DNA of 64,000 bases from a virus, in the IMG/VR virus record IMGVR_UViG_3300012942_000045, positions 6,743-70,742 of that record, one strand, 5' to 3'. The notes beneath the pieces were generated by a model. The model did no database searches. It was not told the origin of the DNA and saw only the letters and a list, made by a program, of their open reading frames with translations. Both the position numbers and the translations under genes were made by a program. This document shows, piece by piece, positions 38,901 through 48,877 of this stretch (position 1 is its first letter; every line of letters starts with the position of its first letter).

Positions 38901-41900
38901 GTTAAAGGAAATCTCTTTTATAGTCCCTCTAATGATAAATTATACTTTAGATACTGGGATGGTAAGAATCATAAGTTTGTCTCTGTTAAGTCATTAGATC
39001 AATTTGATGCTACCTCCTCCTCCAAGTACAAGATCTTACCTGATGGGCAACTTCTCTCTACTCATACTCAGGCTAAGATAGATGCTGCTAAGATTAAGAA
39101 GCAGAAGTTAGATAATCTTAATGAGGCCAGAGCTGAGATATCTCAAGCTATAACAACTCAAAAAGCAGAACTTACTAAAGTAGATGAGCAACTTGATGAG
39201 TTAAAAAAGTCTCTCTCCACTAAAGAGGATAAACTGTCCAAACTTCTCTCAGCTAATGAGGATGAGGTTAGACATATTAATCTCTCTACTCAGGTAAAAA
39301 CCCTGAACTCTCTTAATAGTGATATTAAGAATATCAAAGGTCAAATCCAAACTCTTAATGACCAGAGAAATCAGCTAGATTATAATCTGGATTATCTTAC
39401 TCAGGTACAAGAGGCTCTTACTCATGAGGAGGATATTAACCTTAATGATATTAAGGAGCAACTTACCTCTCAGATAAGTGACCTTAATGATCTTATCTCT
39501 GCTAAAACAAAGCAGATTAATAGATTAAATAATCTGGTAAAGATTGCTCAGAGGGCTTATCAATCAGCTAGACAAATAGTCCTGGACACCTTATCTAAGT
39601 TCAATAAGAAATTCCCTGAGTTTAGACCTGAGGAGATTAAGGATATTATTAATGGAACTTCCAATTTGTATGGTGGGGAACAGGATATACCTCAAGATCT
39701 TATTGGGGAGATAGATGCTGCTATAGAGCCATTACAGGAGAACGAGTATATAAAAGCTGTAAAAGCTAAAACTATTGATAGTCTTAATAGTAAAATTAAG
39801 GCTGTTCAAGATGAGCTGAATGGTTATCTCAAAGAGAGGGCTGTATTACAATCTCATCTCCAAGGTATCTATGATAGGGCTGATGTTATAGCTGCTCAGA
39901 AAAGAGCTGAGGATACAGCTAAGGCTAATGCTGAGTTCAGAAGGAGGATAGGTTTTGAAAGTAAAGGTGAGCCAAGGGTACAAACTCCTCCCTCAGACAA
40001 AGCACAACCTACAGCACAAACCTCCAGAAAGTATGATGAGGATATATTCTCCTCTACCACTATTTATAACGGGCCTAATCCTCCTGAGCATGTAGTTAGG
40101 TATCATCAGTTTGTAAATAATATAGATCATCTCCCTAATAGGGAAAATGTAAGAGTACTGTTAGTTACTCCTTCCAATGAGGATAGTTTAGGATTAACAG
40201 GATTTTCTCAAAGCCAATGGGACAGGGCTAAACTTATAGACCCTTCCTTAGAGAGTGTCTCCCCCTCAGATCCTATAAAGGGAGTTATCTCTACTGTATT
40301 TGTCACTAAGGAGGGTATAAATTATGTATTCCTGGATAATGAGGGTAAAGAGATTGGTGAGGTGGGAAAGCCTGTTGATCAATCCCATATTGTATTTGCC
40401 ACCCTGCCTACAGCTGAGATGTACTCTATAGGTGAGAAAGGTAAAGTAGCCAGGTTCCAAAAGAAATCTCAAGACAGTAAAGAGGATGAGGCTAGGATAC
40501 AACCTTACCTGGATATCTATAAAGCCCAGAGAGAGCAAATTATGTCCTCTCCTGAGGGACAATATTATGAGTTTCAAGTCTCCAGAGGATTTCCATTAAA
40601 GACTGAGAATATAAAAAACGATGTTGTCTCAGCAGGTCTTATAAAGCAAACTAAGGGAGATAATAGTGAACTGGATGATAACCAGGTTATATTAGTCTCT
40701 AAATCTGGTAGTGTACTCCATCAGGGAAGATCTGTAGGTATACCTATAGGAGGATTATTACTCTCTTACAGGGGATTTGCACAGCACTTAAACAATAGAA
40801 ATCTTACTACATCTGAGGCTGAGAATAGTTATAAAGCCCTTAAACTATTAGCTAGAAAGGCTGTAGCTAATTTCCAATTGCAGCAGGAAAATCCTGGTAA
40901 GAGAGTTCATATACTTGACCAGGAGATATTAAACTCTCTTAATGGTCTTATTCATTTCGGTACTCCTCAGGAAGGTTCATCCCCTGCCAGGAACCAAATG
41001 TGGATTGATAAAGGATTACTCCATCTTGGTAGGAATGATGTTACTGTACCATTTACTGAGGAGGGTATAGATACTATGGAGAATGGTATTCACCTAGTTA
41101 AGAGATTTTTAGGTGAGGCTGGTGAACAAGGTATATATAATTCTGTCTCCTCTTATAAATTAGATCAGGGTCTTAATATTCCTTATAATGAGATTACAGG
41201 TGTAGATCTTGAGAATGGTACAGTACAATATAGGCAATGGAGGAACTATCAGAATTATTTACTCTCTCCCACTTACCAGTTAGAGGATACAACTGATCCT
41301 GATAATGGTAAAGCAAGACAAGAATCCACTCCTCTCTCGGTAAATATTCCTACCCAAACAGAGGGTTCTTATCCTTATAATGGTAAGTATGCTATACTCT
41401 CTGGATTACCTGAGGTTAAATTGCCTGCTAAAGCTGAGACTGCTACTAAGTCCCCTCCTCCAGCTCCTACACAAAACCAGAGTATAATAACCGATAATGA
41501 AACTCTTAATAATGGTGTAATAAGCGGTATACCAGTAAAATATCTTGCCTCGAAGGATACAGATGATGAGCTAGGCTTCTCAATTGAACCTAATAAAGAG
41601 CTGGATAAATCAACAAGTGAGTTTCTAACCTCTCAAGGGAAGGAACCTACACCTGAGCTTATTGCCCAGTATAATAATATAAGGCTTGTCAAAGGCTTAA
41701 TGGATAAGGGGTTAGTTGTTAAGACTGATACAGGGTTCAAATTAGCAAACCAAAATACCCAAGAAAAATCAGTAACTGAGCTACTCAATAGTATATCTAA
41801 TAAAGAACAAGCTACTAGAATACTCTCACAAAGTTCTCTCGAGGCAATAAAAGGTAAATTAAGAGGTGCTAGTACAGGTGCTGCAAAAGCATTCAAAACT

Positions 41901-44900
41901 GTATTTCCTGGATTTAGCGGTAATACTCTTGATCCTCAAGCTATTGAGAATTTTAAAATATGGATGGGTGAGAACCTTCCTCATTTTAATGTAGAGATTG
42001 TAGACCATCTTATCTCTAAGTTAGGTGAGGATGGTAAGGCATGGGGTAAGCTGGAGGGTTCTTTGGTTACTATATTTAGCAATGCTCCTACTATAACTCC
42101 TTATCACGAAGCATTTGAGGCAGTTTGGAACTATTTTGTACCTCTCACCCAGCAACAGGCTATACTAGATGAAGCTAGGAAACAACCGGGCTCATTCTTT
42201 GATGCTCTTACTGCAAGTGAGGTTAAGTACAGTGATGCTACTGATGAGCAATTAAAAGAGAACATTGCTGATGGGTTTGCAGATTATATCAATAAAGTCA
42301 ATAAACCTAAGTCTATTCTTAGAAAAGTATATGACTCTATAGTAGAGTTCTTTAAGAATATTGCAGGAGTAAAATCTAAACTTGAGAAGTTATACGGTAA
42401 AATAAATACTGGCTTCTACAGGGAGATGAGACCTACTGAGGACAGGTTAGCTTATCAATCTGTACCCTCCCTCTCAGTGCAAGTAAATAGAGATATCTCT
42501 GATGAGGTAACCTCCCAGGTACTTAATCAGGTATTTGTACAAAAAGGTTCCTTATTTGATCCCTCCAAGTTAACCTCTATCGAGTTATATGAGGCAATTA
42601 AGCCTAAACTCTTAGGGGTACTGGGTGACTATTATAATGCTGTTGAGAGTTCTACTGAGATTTCCCAAGCTGAGAAAGATAATATAGCTACTGAGCTCGG
42701 ACAAGTATATAATAGTATAGAGAGTAATTGGGACAGGATAGTTACCTCTAATAAAGAGTTTCTTAAAACTATAGGTATTGAGTTTGCTGATGATGGTGAT
42801 CCTAATAGGGAGGATAGAACAGGTAGTGAGTATGACAGAGATCATTTTACTATAGATCCTATAAAATCAGCTAGTACAGCTATAAAAGTTCTTATGGCTA
42901 CTATAACGGAGAGAGATAAAACTGTAGATGCATTCGGTATGCCTATAGAGAAACCCTCACTTATTGGTGGTGGTAGGCTAGTAGATTTTGGGAAGATGTT
43001 TATTCAGACTATGGAGGGTACCTCAAACAAACTTGATTTGGAGGAGATGAGGAACAGCTTGGTACAGATGGGTAAGAATAATCCTAATGCTAAGGTACTA
43101 TTAAAGAGACTTGGTGGTAATATTAAAACTGGTGCTATACCTTACCAAGATCTTAATTTTGACCAGTGGAGATTGCTTATCTCATTCTTTAATACTTTCT
43201 CCAGGCAGAAACCCGTAGCTATTATTCAGCACGAGAGAGAAGAGGGCACAGTATATAGTAGTGCAGCCTCTAAGAATGATATGGTTAAAACCCAGCTCTC
43301 CAAATGGATGGAGGGTATAAAAGCTAAAGCCTCTGAGAAAAACTCTGTAATATCCTATCTCCCTAGCAGTGAGATATATAGCATCAACGCAAGTAAAATA
43401 GGTGAGACCAGATCCAAATCTCTTAATAGTAAAAAGAGATCTATAGAGATTGAGTTTCTCTCTAAACTTGGTATAAACTTTCCTCAGGATATTATTAATG
43501 ATCTTACTCCTACTCAAAGACACAAGTTTGATGAGAGTGTAAAGTTTATCTCTGACAAGTTAAAATCTCAAACTGAGGTTAATCTTATTACAGGTAGATC
43601 TCTTAATATAGAGGGAGCATTTAACTCCCTGGCTAGATTATATGTAGAGGCTACTAATATTGAGCCTGAGAGTGTATTCTTTGATGAGAAAGGTCATTAC
43701 AGACAGAAGTATGTACCTCATAACAGAAATTCAGTATTTGTAAATAGCTTCAATAAAGTCAATACATTAGATGATCTGTCTCAGAGCCTTCCTCAGGTAG
43801 CAGGAGATGTATTCTCTAAAAACTCTATGCTGTTAAAGCCTAGTGGATCATTCTTTAGAGGTGGTAAAAGAGTGCAGGATTTACAAACAGGTTATATTCT
43901 AGCCCACGTAAATGATGATAGTGGCTATACCTGGAATACTACCAGAATGAGTTATGCTCTCAGATTACAAACTGAGATCAATCAAAACTTAAATGGTTGG
44001 TATTATACTATAAGCTCAGTGGATAGTAATACTGAGCACATGATAAGATTTGGTGAGTTTATCCATAAATCTCTTATTAAGTATGGCACTGTCTCCTCCA
44101 GAGAACTCTCCACCTTTATGGGATATTTAGAGGATGAGATGAATCTTATTAATGAGGCTCCTATCCGTATAAAGGATAATAGGGAACTTGCTAAAGCTAC
44201 TAAGGATAACACTCCTCGTTCAGCTACTAAGTTAAGATTTATGCAGGAGATACTCTCTCCCGAGTTGCAACAGGAAGTATACAACCATCTTAGTCAGAAT
44301 GAGCAAGATATTCCCAACTTTATACAGGAACACAAAACTGAGATAGCTCAGGATATAAACAAGTACTTTCAGGACAGAGTAACTTCCCTTAAAGCTCTTA
44401 TGGAGAAGGAGGGTCTATTAACCCCTACCTCTACAGGGTATACTTGGAGGTGGCTAGATGAGAGTGCTCTCTCGGGTAATGATACTACTACTACAGAGAA
44501 TGTAAATAATCTCCTTAAAGCTCTAGAGGTAAATTATGTTATAGCCAATATTGAGCAGCATAAAATGTTTTTGGGAGATCCCTTCCAGAGAGCTGAGAAG
44601 GATAGCATAAGAAGAGTAAAAACCTTTAATTCCTTTAGACAAACAACTTTAGTAAGTACTGAGTTTGATAATAAAGCTAATAGAGATTTCAATAATAATT
44701 TACATCCCAATGAGTTAGGATATACCTCATTCAAACCATACTCTAATACTGTTACTATACAGGATATTAAAGCCCAGGGACAGCCTGCTAGATATAATGC
44801 TCCTGAGGCTATACAAAAGATCCTTACTAAGGAGTACAATACTATTGAGGTTACTGATGGTTCCTCTATAGGTACTTTATCATTCTTCAAACAATTCCTG

Positions 44901-47900
44901 TTAAAGAATGGTGTATGGTCTCCTGAGTTAGAGAGGTTATATCAAGATGATTATGCTGTAGCAAGATATGAACTTAACCAGCAAGGTAAATATACTTATG
45001 CAGATAACTCTCTAAAAGCCAAGGACAAAGCTGTATATGATAAGTTTGTAGAGAATGGTGAAAGGCATAATACTCCGGCTACTCTCTCTGTAAAGAAGCC
45101 TATAGTTTCCGGACCTAAATATGGTTCTACATATCTTAATAATGTTATTGATAAGTATAGTGTATTTCCTATGACTTGGGCTCTAGCCAGAACCAATCCA
45201 GACATGCAGGATCTTTATGAGAGGATGTTTAACAGTAAAGCCTCTGATGGTAATAGCAGGGATTATGCAATATTTCTCTCTGGTAGAAAGGCTGGTGCTG
45301 ATGTAGTAGATGATTTATACAAAGATGGTACCTCTGTAACTACACCTTTTCAATCTGATATAAAAGTTGGATATGATACTATAGGTATAATTACTGAGGT
45401 AGATTATCATGATAATGGTAAGATTACCCAGGGTACTCAGATTACTAACCTGGCTACTATAGATCTCTCCAATATGGGTGTAGCCGCCAATCCTACTGTA
45501 CAACAAAAGATTGATAGGTATAATAATATTGCCAAGGAGAGAGTCAATGCAGGATTTAACTCCTTACTTAATAAGTTTGGTGTAGTGCATTATGGGAATG
45601 GTAATTATGATATAGCTGACAAATCAGTTATAGCCAAGCTATTACAAAATGAGGTATTTAGGAGACAACTTCCTGATAATGTAAAAGATTCATTACGTAC
45701 CGAGGTTAATCCTGAGACTGGTGAGGTAGATTTTGCTATTCCTCCTGAGGCCTCCAACTCCTACAGATCCATTATCTCTATATTAATGAGCCAGGTAGAT
45801 AAATCATTTATCTCTACTAAGGTAAATGGTGTAGCAGCTGTACAGGTACCTGTAGCATTATTTGGTAAAAATGGGATTAGGCAAGAAACTGTAAATGGTA
45901 AGACTGTTACTGTAGCAGATCATCTTAAGTTTTATGAACCTACTTTTGATAAGGAGGGTAATATTACTAAAGTTGGTAGGGCTGAGGTTATGCTGTCCTC
46001 AAAGAACATCAGAAAGTATCTCTCCTCTAAATTATCTAAACTCTCAGATAAAGACCTTCTTAAATATCTGAATAAATCTCCTGAGGGTAAAAAGCTACTT
46101 ACTGGTGTAGGTTTTCGTATTCCTACCTCAGGGTTGAATCTGATGGAGGCATTTACTATAAAGGAGTTCTTACCTGAGATATATGGTGATACAGTAGTAT
46201 TACCTGCCGAGATTACTAAAAAGACCTCCTCTGACTTTGATATTGATAAATTAAACCTGTACCTGTATAATACCTATACTGATAATAAGGGTGATATCAA
46301 GCCCATCCAGTATTTTAAGAGTAAGGTAGACCATAATGAATTTTATGGAAAGGTATTTGAGGATAAATTAGATGCCTCTTATGAGAGAGTTGAAAATAAT
46401 ATTACTAAACTCCTAGAGGTTCAAAAAGCTCTAGATGATAATGGTGAGGGTTCTAATGAAGCTATAGCTCAGAATATGCTCTCTACATTTAATGCCTTTC
46501 AAAAGCATGAAAAATATATTAATGCTTTGTTAGAGGGTGCAACTACAGATGAGGATATAGAGAATATAATGTCCTCTTTACAATCCAGAATAAATAGTTT
46601 GGAGGAGAGAAAGGGTAAACTTGAGGATGAGGATTATCAATCTGTAGCTAAACAGGAGTTTATTGAGGATATGTATCTCAAATCCTTACAGAATGAGTTT
46701 TTTGATAGTACCTCTGATCTTATTCTTACCCCTGAAAACTTTACTAGACTTATTACTCCTAATGAGGCTAATGAGTTAACCAAACTTAGGGACAAACTAA
46801 ATGAGATATTTGGTATAAAAAACTCTGTACCCTCACCAATAAACAGAGCTGAACTCTCCAGGTACAGAGATAATAACCTTATAGGTAAAATCAATGTGGG
46901 TGTATACTCCTTGTCCCAGGTATATAATACTATGATGCAGGGAGCAGCTACTACATTTGATCCCTCTCGTATAGGAGCCTCCTCTTACAGTCCTTTAATG
47001 AAATCTATCCTCCAAAAGGGTCCTCAGCTTAAGGTAAATAGGAATAGTGAGGGTATGCTCTCTATAGGAAATACTCTTAATGTAAAGGATAAGTATATCT
47101 CTGATTATATTAATCAGTGTGTAACTGGTGCTGTAGATATGACTAAGGATCAATTCTTAAGTGAGTTGGGCTTTGTTAGACTTCGTGGTCCTATAGCTAT
47201 GGCTATGTTGAGGGAGGGTATAGATCCTGAGCAAATTGTATGGTTATTACACCAGCCTATAGTGATGGATCATATTAATATGCTTACCAAGAAAGGCTCA
47301 GGTAGATTACTCTCTGATTACAATATAGGTATTACCCTGGAGAATTATATGAGTGATCCTAAAGTAACTGGATTTAATGCTAGTACACTAGAGGATAATG
47401 TAAGAAAGTATGCTAATAATGAGGAACTTACCCGTCAAGAGGAGGCTGAGCAGGTTAATATATTTAAGGAGTTTCTCTTCCATGCAGCTATAGCTGAGCA
47501 ACTATTTGCCTTTAACCAAGGTGTAAACTATGACAGAGCTAACTTTGGTGATCCCGGATTAATATATACTAAATATAAACAGACTGATAGGGCTCTAAAC
47601 TCCAATCTTCTTACTGGTGCCTCTAAGGTATTGGGTAATACTTTCCTGGGTGATATTAAAGAGAACCTAGCCTCTACCAGGGATATGCTCTCTACTATAT
47701 TACCTAGTGAGAATAAAATAGTTAGGCAGTTTACAGATAGTATATTAGATGAGTTTACCAAGGAGGGTCAATTTATCTCTCTGGATACTCAAAAGGCAAT
47801 ATCCTCCAAAGTAAAAGCTGCTCTTATTGATTATGTAGCACAAACTCAAGGTGAGGATCCTCTTAATAAGTACATCAAACAAATATTAGTCGATAAGGAT

Positions 47901-48860
47901 ACCTCAGCAGCTGATGAGTTATTTAAGGCTCTGGCTAATAGTAAATCTGAGGCTTTCAATAATTTGTTCTCAATCCTTACCAGAACTCCAGGAAAAACTC
48001 GTAATATTGCATTTGATAAGAAGCAGGTTGACACTACAGCCTCAAATGATATTACCCAAACTTTCAGGGAACTTAGAGATAGTGTTTTAACTAATGATAT
48101 CTACCAGAACATTGTTAAAGCAGCTATATTACAAAGTGGTATAGAGAACTCTCCAATCTCATTTACCTCGCTTATACCCCTCGAAGATTATAAAGAGTAT
48201 CTTAAAACAGCTATGGATAATTTGTCCTCAGCTGATCTCACACCTTTCAAAGAGATGTTCTTTAGGAACATGTGGAGGGATACTGATATAGTTCCTGTAG
48301 TAAAGGAGAGATATATATACTCCAAAGCTGGTGAATTTGTAGGCATAGCTCCATACCTGAATGTTCCCTTTAAACTTCGTAAATGGTTTAATACCCAAAA
48401 TTCTGGAGGCACTCTTATAGCCCTCTCCAGTATATATAATGCCTCGGATGTTAAGTATCCTTATCTAAGAATAAGCACCAATAAACCTGGCTTTAATAAA
48501 AACCAGAGGAAGAGGATGAGGAAGAATGGTGATTTCTCTTATAGAGAGATCTCACTATATAAACAAGTAAGACAGGGTGATGTACCTCTTACAGCAGAGG
48601 GTAGGAAAGCTAATGAACTTCTTTATGTATATAAGCCAGTTAATGCATTAGGTGATGGATTTTATGCCAAGGAGTATTATACACAGCCTCAGCAATCTGT
48701 CTTAAATAATGGAACTACTGTAGTACAAAGGGAACTTAATGATAGTGATATTATTGAGAATAGTCCTATACAGGAGCCTATCTCTCCTACTACTCCTGTT
48801 ACTACCCCTCCTACTTTCACAGACTCTGATGAGGGTACAGATCAGAGCTGTCCCCTCTAA
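35946..48860 (+). CDS. giant virion-packaged RNA polymerase polyprotein (phi14:2 gp66-like)
   Basis: Catalytic DFDID at 46233-46247 preceded by GFRIPTSG; also TDG and SGRKAG motifs. The N-terminal part has hydrophobic helices and a long coiled coil, and there is a degenerate zincin HEAFE. Confidence 0.9.
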   Translation: MADNQANTPVPNNDIATNAKGDTNIVPLGNIYAGETTALPQAAQILFHNTEQINPVTPPEQSQPVNTGGKLWGIGTAFPTKNSYYEYTANLATQKAKAQDPTFGVSTSGVIPAGNGSDAGRFLNTSLGNYTYVEGTNNEERNAQNQSWLAQLRNSLIKGTATAAGTFVNSLLTFPDAIGAIKSGKLSSLYQSPTENSVDTWLDSLENKFPNYYTQWEKDHPLLAAFTPTGAANFWGENIIKNLGFTVGAIGGAVVQDLGIGAITGGAGSFADLPNVVSRTSLALGKLFTLGADAEKVAETLNTAGKAINGLQKFRDAAQYTTALLGSARTEAGFEARQGYNKLYGDLVQEYKDSHNGEGPDEDTLNNIKKQATASANTRFLVNMAILTPSDAIQFDGIFNLFKAETKGLSDVLNLSINERRGIKLAEGSLDNYVENEPPKVLWRYLLGTKKELATGILSEGFFEEGLQNVAQEGTYNYYHSKYYNNNKDTFDDILKSTGYGFAQTLGSTDGWENIIAGALMSMVTAPATRWANKVKDDKLVSTTLEALNSQGLTGSFHQVYATAAAAKQASQDMKKAVQSGDVFTYKNLKHDMFYNFIKSAINSGRFETRIEQLSQLKDLSNDQVRSILQLTDTPENRQIAEGYVDKLIAKANEIRNISTSLNQQFKNPYRYYNNPKTDFQKDQTNKYNTHNEYVDNLGRYISIGRDADQRLSSIKDSWIGTDYSNLSLQTIGDIASDQGLINYSEKYPDLAQDISTYLSHKIANSDPENKDLNEELITLSQKILSREANKPIHKSFVQNLLTQGHDINRLQDLKARAEEAYNFLSTDKGLDHFIAQDEEQRRKSDEFGDTDSLMLPTKFGTTNRAVKVDKGGKYFLISSQETPEGVPLQSAKPIIIDGFDDKNVHYFDNTPGRKSLSFENLRDNHELYTAEELSKTDKGNYYLNHLNQRYKMEMFYNIPNESGEKPTIIQQGLPQGIKGQGKKIVKGNLFYSPSNDKLYFRYWDGKNHKFVSVKSLDQFDATSSSKYKILPDGQLLSTHTQAKIDAAKIKKQKLDNLNEARAEISQAITTQKAELTKVDEQLDELKKSLSTKEDKLSKLLSANEDEVRHINLSTQVKTLNSLNSDIKNIKGQIQTLNDQRNQLDYNLDYLTQVQEALTHEEDINLNDIKEQLTSQISDLNDLISAKTKQINRLNNLVKIAQRAYQSARQIVLDTLSKFNKKFPEFRPEEIKDIINGTSNLYGGEQDIPQDLIGEIDAAIEPLQENEYIKAVKAKTIDSLNSKIKAVQDELNGYLKERAVLQSHLQGIYDRADVIAAQKRAEDTAKANAEFRRRIGFESKGEPRVQTPPSDKAQPTAQTSRKYDEDIFSSTTIYNGPNPPEHVVRYHQFVNNIDHLPNRENVRVLLVTPSNEDSLGLTGFSQSQWDRAKLIDPSLESVSPSDPIKGVISTVFVTKEGINYVFLDNEGKEIGEVGKPVDQSHIVFATLPTAEMYSIGEKGKVARFQKKSQDSKEDEARIQPYLDIYKAQREQIMSSPEGQYYEFQVSRGFPLKTENIKNDVVSAGLIKQTKGDNSELDDNQVILVSKSGSVLHQGRSVGIPIGGLLLSYRGFAQHLNNRNLTTSEAENSYKALKLLARKAVANFQLQQENPGKRVHILDQEILNSLNGLIHFGTPQEGSSPARNQMWIDKGLLHLGRNDVTVPFTEEGIDTMENGIHLVKRFLGEAGEQGIYNSVSSYKLDQGLNIPYNEITGVDLENGTVQYRQWRNYQNYLLSPTYQLEDTTDPDNGKARQESTPLSVNIPTQTEGSYPYNGKYAILSGLPEVKLPAKAETATKSPPPAPTQNQSIITDNETLNNGVISGIPVKYLASKDTDDELGFSIEPNKELDKSTSEFLTSQGKEPTPELIAQYNNIRLVKGLMDKGLVVKTDTGFKLANQNTQEKSVTELLNSISNKEQATRILSQSSLEAIKGKLRGASTGAAKAFKTVFPGFSGNTLDPQAIENFKIWMGENLPHFNVEIVDHLISKLGEDGKAWGKLEGSLVTIFSNAPTITPYHEAFEAVWNYFVPLTQQQAILDEARKQPGSFFDALTASEVKYSDATDEQLKENIADGFADYINKVNKPKSILRKVYDSIVEFFKNIAGVKSKLEKLYGKINTGFYREMRPTEDRLAYQSVPSLSVQVNRDISDEVTSQVLNQVFVQKGSLFDPSKLTSIELYEAIKPKLLGVLGDYYNAVESSTEISQAEKDNIATELGQVYNSIESNWDRIVTSNKEFLKTIGIEFADDGDPNREDRTGSEYDRDHFTIDPIKSASTAIKVLMATITERDKTVDAFGMPIEKPSLIGGGRLVDFGKMFIQTMEGTSNKLDLEEMRNSLVQMGKNNPNAKVLLKRLGGNIKTGAIPYQDLNFDQWRLLISFFNTFSRQKPVAIIQHEREEGTVYSSAASKNDMVKTQLSKWMEGIKAKASEKNSVISYLPSSEIYSINASKIGETRSKSLNSKKRSIEIEFLSKLGINFPQDIINDLTPTQRHKFDESVKFISDKLKSQTEVNLITGRSLNIEGAFNSLARLYVEATNIEPESVFFDEKGHYRQKYVPHNRNSVFVNSFNKVNTLDDLSQSLPQVAGDVFSKNSMLLKPSGSFFRGGKRVQDLQTGYILAHVNDDSGYTWNTTRMSYALRLQTEINQNLNGWYYTISSVDSNTEHMIRFGEFIHKSLIKYGTVSSRELSTFMGYLEDEMNLINEAPIRIKDNRELAKATKDNTPRSATKLRFMQEILSPELQQEVYNHLSQNEQDIPNFIQEHKTEIAQDINKYFQDRVTSLKALMEKEGLLTPTSTGYTWRWLDESALSGNDTTTTENVNNLLKALEVNYVIANIEQHKMFLGDPFQRAEKDSIRRVKTFNSFRQTTLVSTEFDNKANRDFNNNLHPNELGYTSFKPYSNTVTIQDIKAQGQPARYNAPEAIQKILTKEYNTIEVTDGSSIGTLSFFKQFLLKNGVWSPELERLYQDDYAVARYELNQQGKYTYADNSLKAKDKAVYDKFVENGERHNTPATLSVKKPIVSGPKYGSTYLNNVIDKYSVFPMTWALARTNPDMQDLYERMFNSKASDGNSRDYAIFLSGRKAGADVVDDLYKDGTSVTTPFQSDIKVGYDTIGIITEVDYHDNGKITQGTQITNLATIDLSNMGVAANPTVQQKIDRYNNIAKERVNAGFNSLLNKFGVVHYGNGNYDIADKSVIAKLLQNEVFRRQLPDNVKDSLRTEVNPETGEVDFAIPPEASNSYRSIISILMSQVDKSFISTKVNGVAAVQVPVALFGKNGIRQETVNGKTVTVADHLKFYEPTFDKEGNITKVGRAEVMLSSKNIRKYLSSKLSKLSDKDLLKYLNKSPEGKKLLTGVGFRIPTSGLNLMEAFTIKEFLPEIYGDTVVLPAEITKKTSSDFDIDKLNLYLYNTYTDNKGDIKPIQYFKSKVDHNEFYGKVFEDKLDASYERVENNITKLLEVQKALDDNGEGSNEAIAQNMLSTFNAFQKHEKYINALLEGATTDEDIENIMSSLQSRINSLEERKGKLEDEDYQSVAKQEFIEDMYLKSLQNEFFDSTSDLILTPENFTRLITPNEANELTKLRDKLNEIFGIKNSVPSPINRAELSRYRDNNLIGKINVGVYSLSQVYNTMMQGAATTFDPSRIGASSYSPLMKSILQKGPQLKVNRNSEGMLSIGNTLNVKDKYISDYINQCVTGAVDMTKDQFLSELGFVRLRGPIAMAMLREGIDPEQIVWLLHQPIVMDHINMLTKKGSGRLLSDYNIGITLENYMSDPKVTGFNASTLEDNVRKYANNEELTRQEEAEQVNIFKEFLFHAAIAEQLFAFNQGVNYDRANFGDPGLIYTKYKQTDRALNSNLLTGASKVLGNTFLGDIKENLASTRDMLSTILPSENKIVRQFTDSILDEFTKEGQFISLDTQKAISSKVKAALIDYVAQTQGEDPLNKYIKQILVDKDTSAADELFKALANSKSEAFNNLFSILTRTPGKTRNIAFDKKQVDTTASNDITQTFRELRDSVLTNDIYQNIVKAAILQSGIENSPISFTSLIPLEDYKEYLKTAMDNLSSADLTPFKEMFFRNMWRDTDIVPVVKERYIYSKAGEFVGIAPYLNVPFKLRKWFNTQNSGGTLIALSSIYNASDVKYPYLRISTNKPGFNKNQRKRMRKNGDFSYREISLYKQVRQGDVPLTAEGRKANELLYVYKPVNALGDGFYAKEYYTQPQQSVLNNGTTVVQRELNDSDIIENSPIQEPISPTTPVTTPPTFTDSDEGTDQSCPL

Positions 48861-48877
48861 ACCACAAAATATAATAA

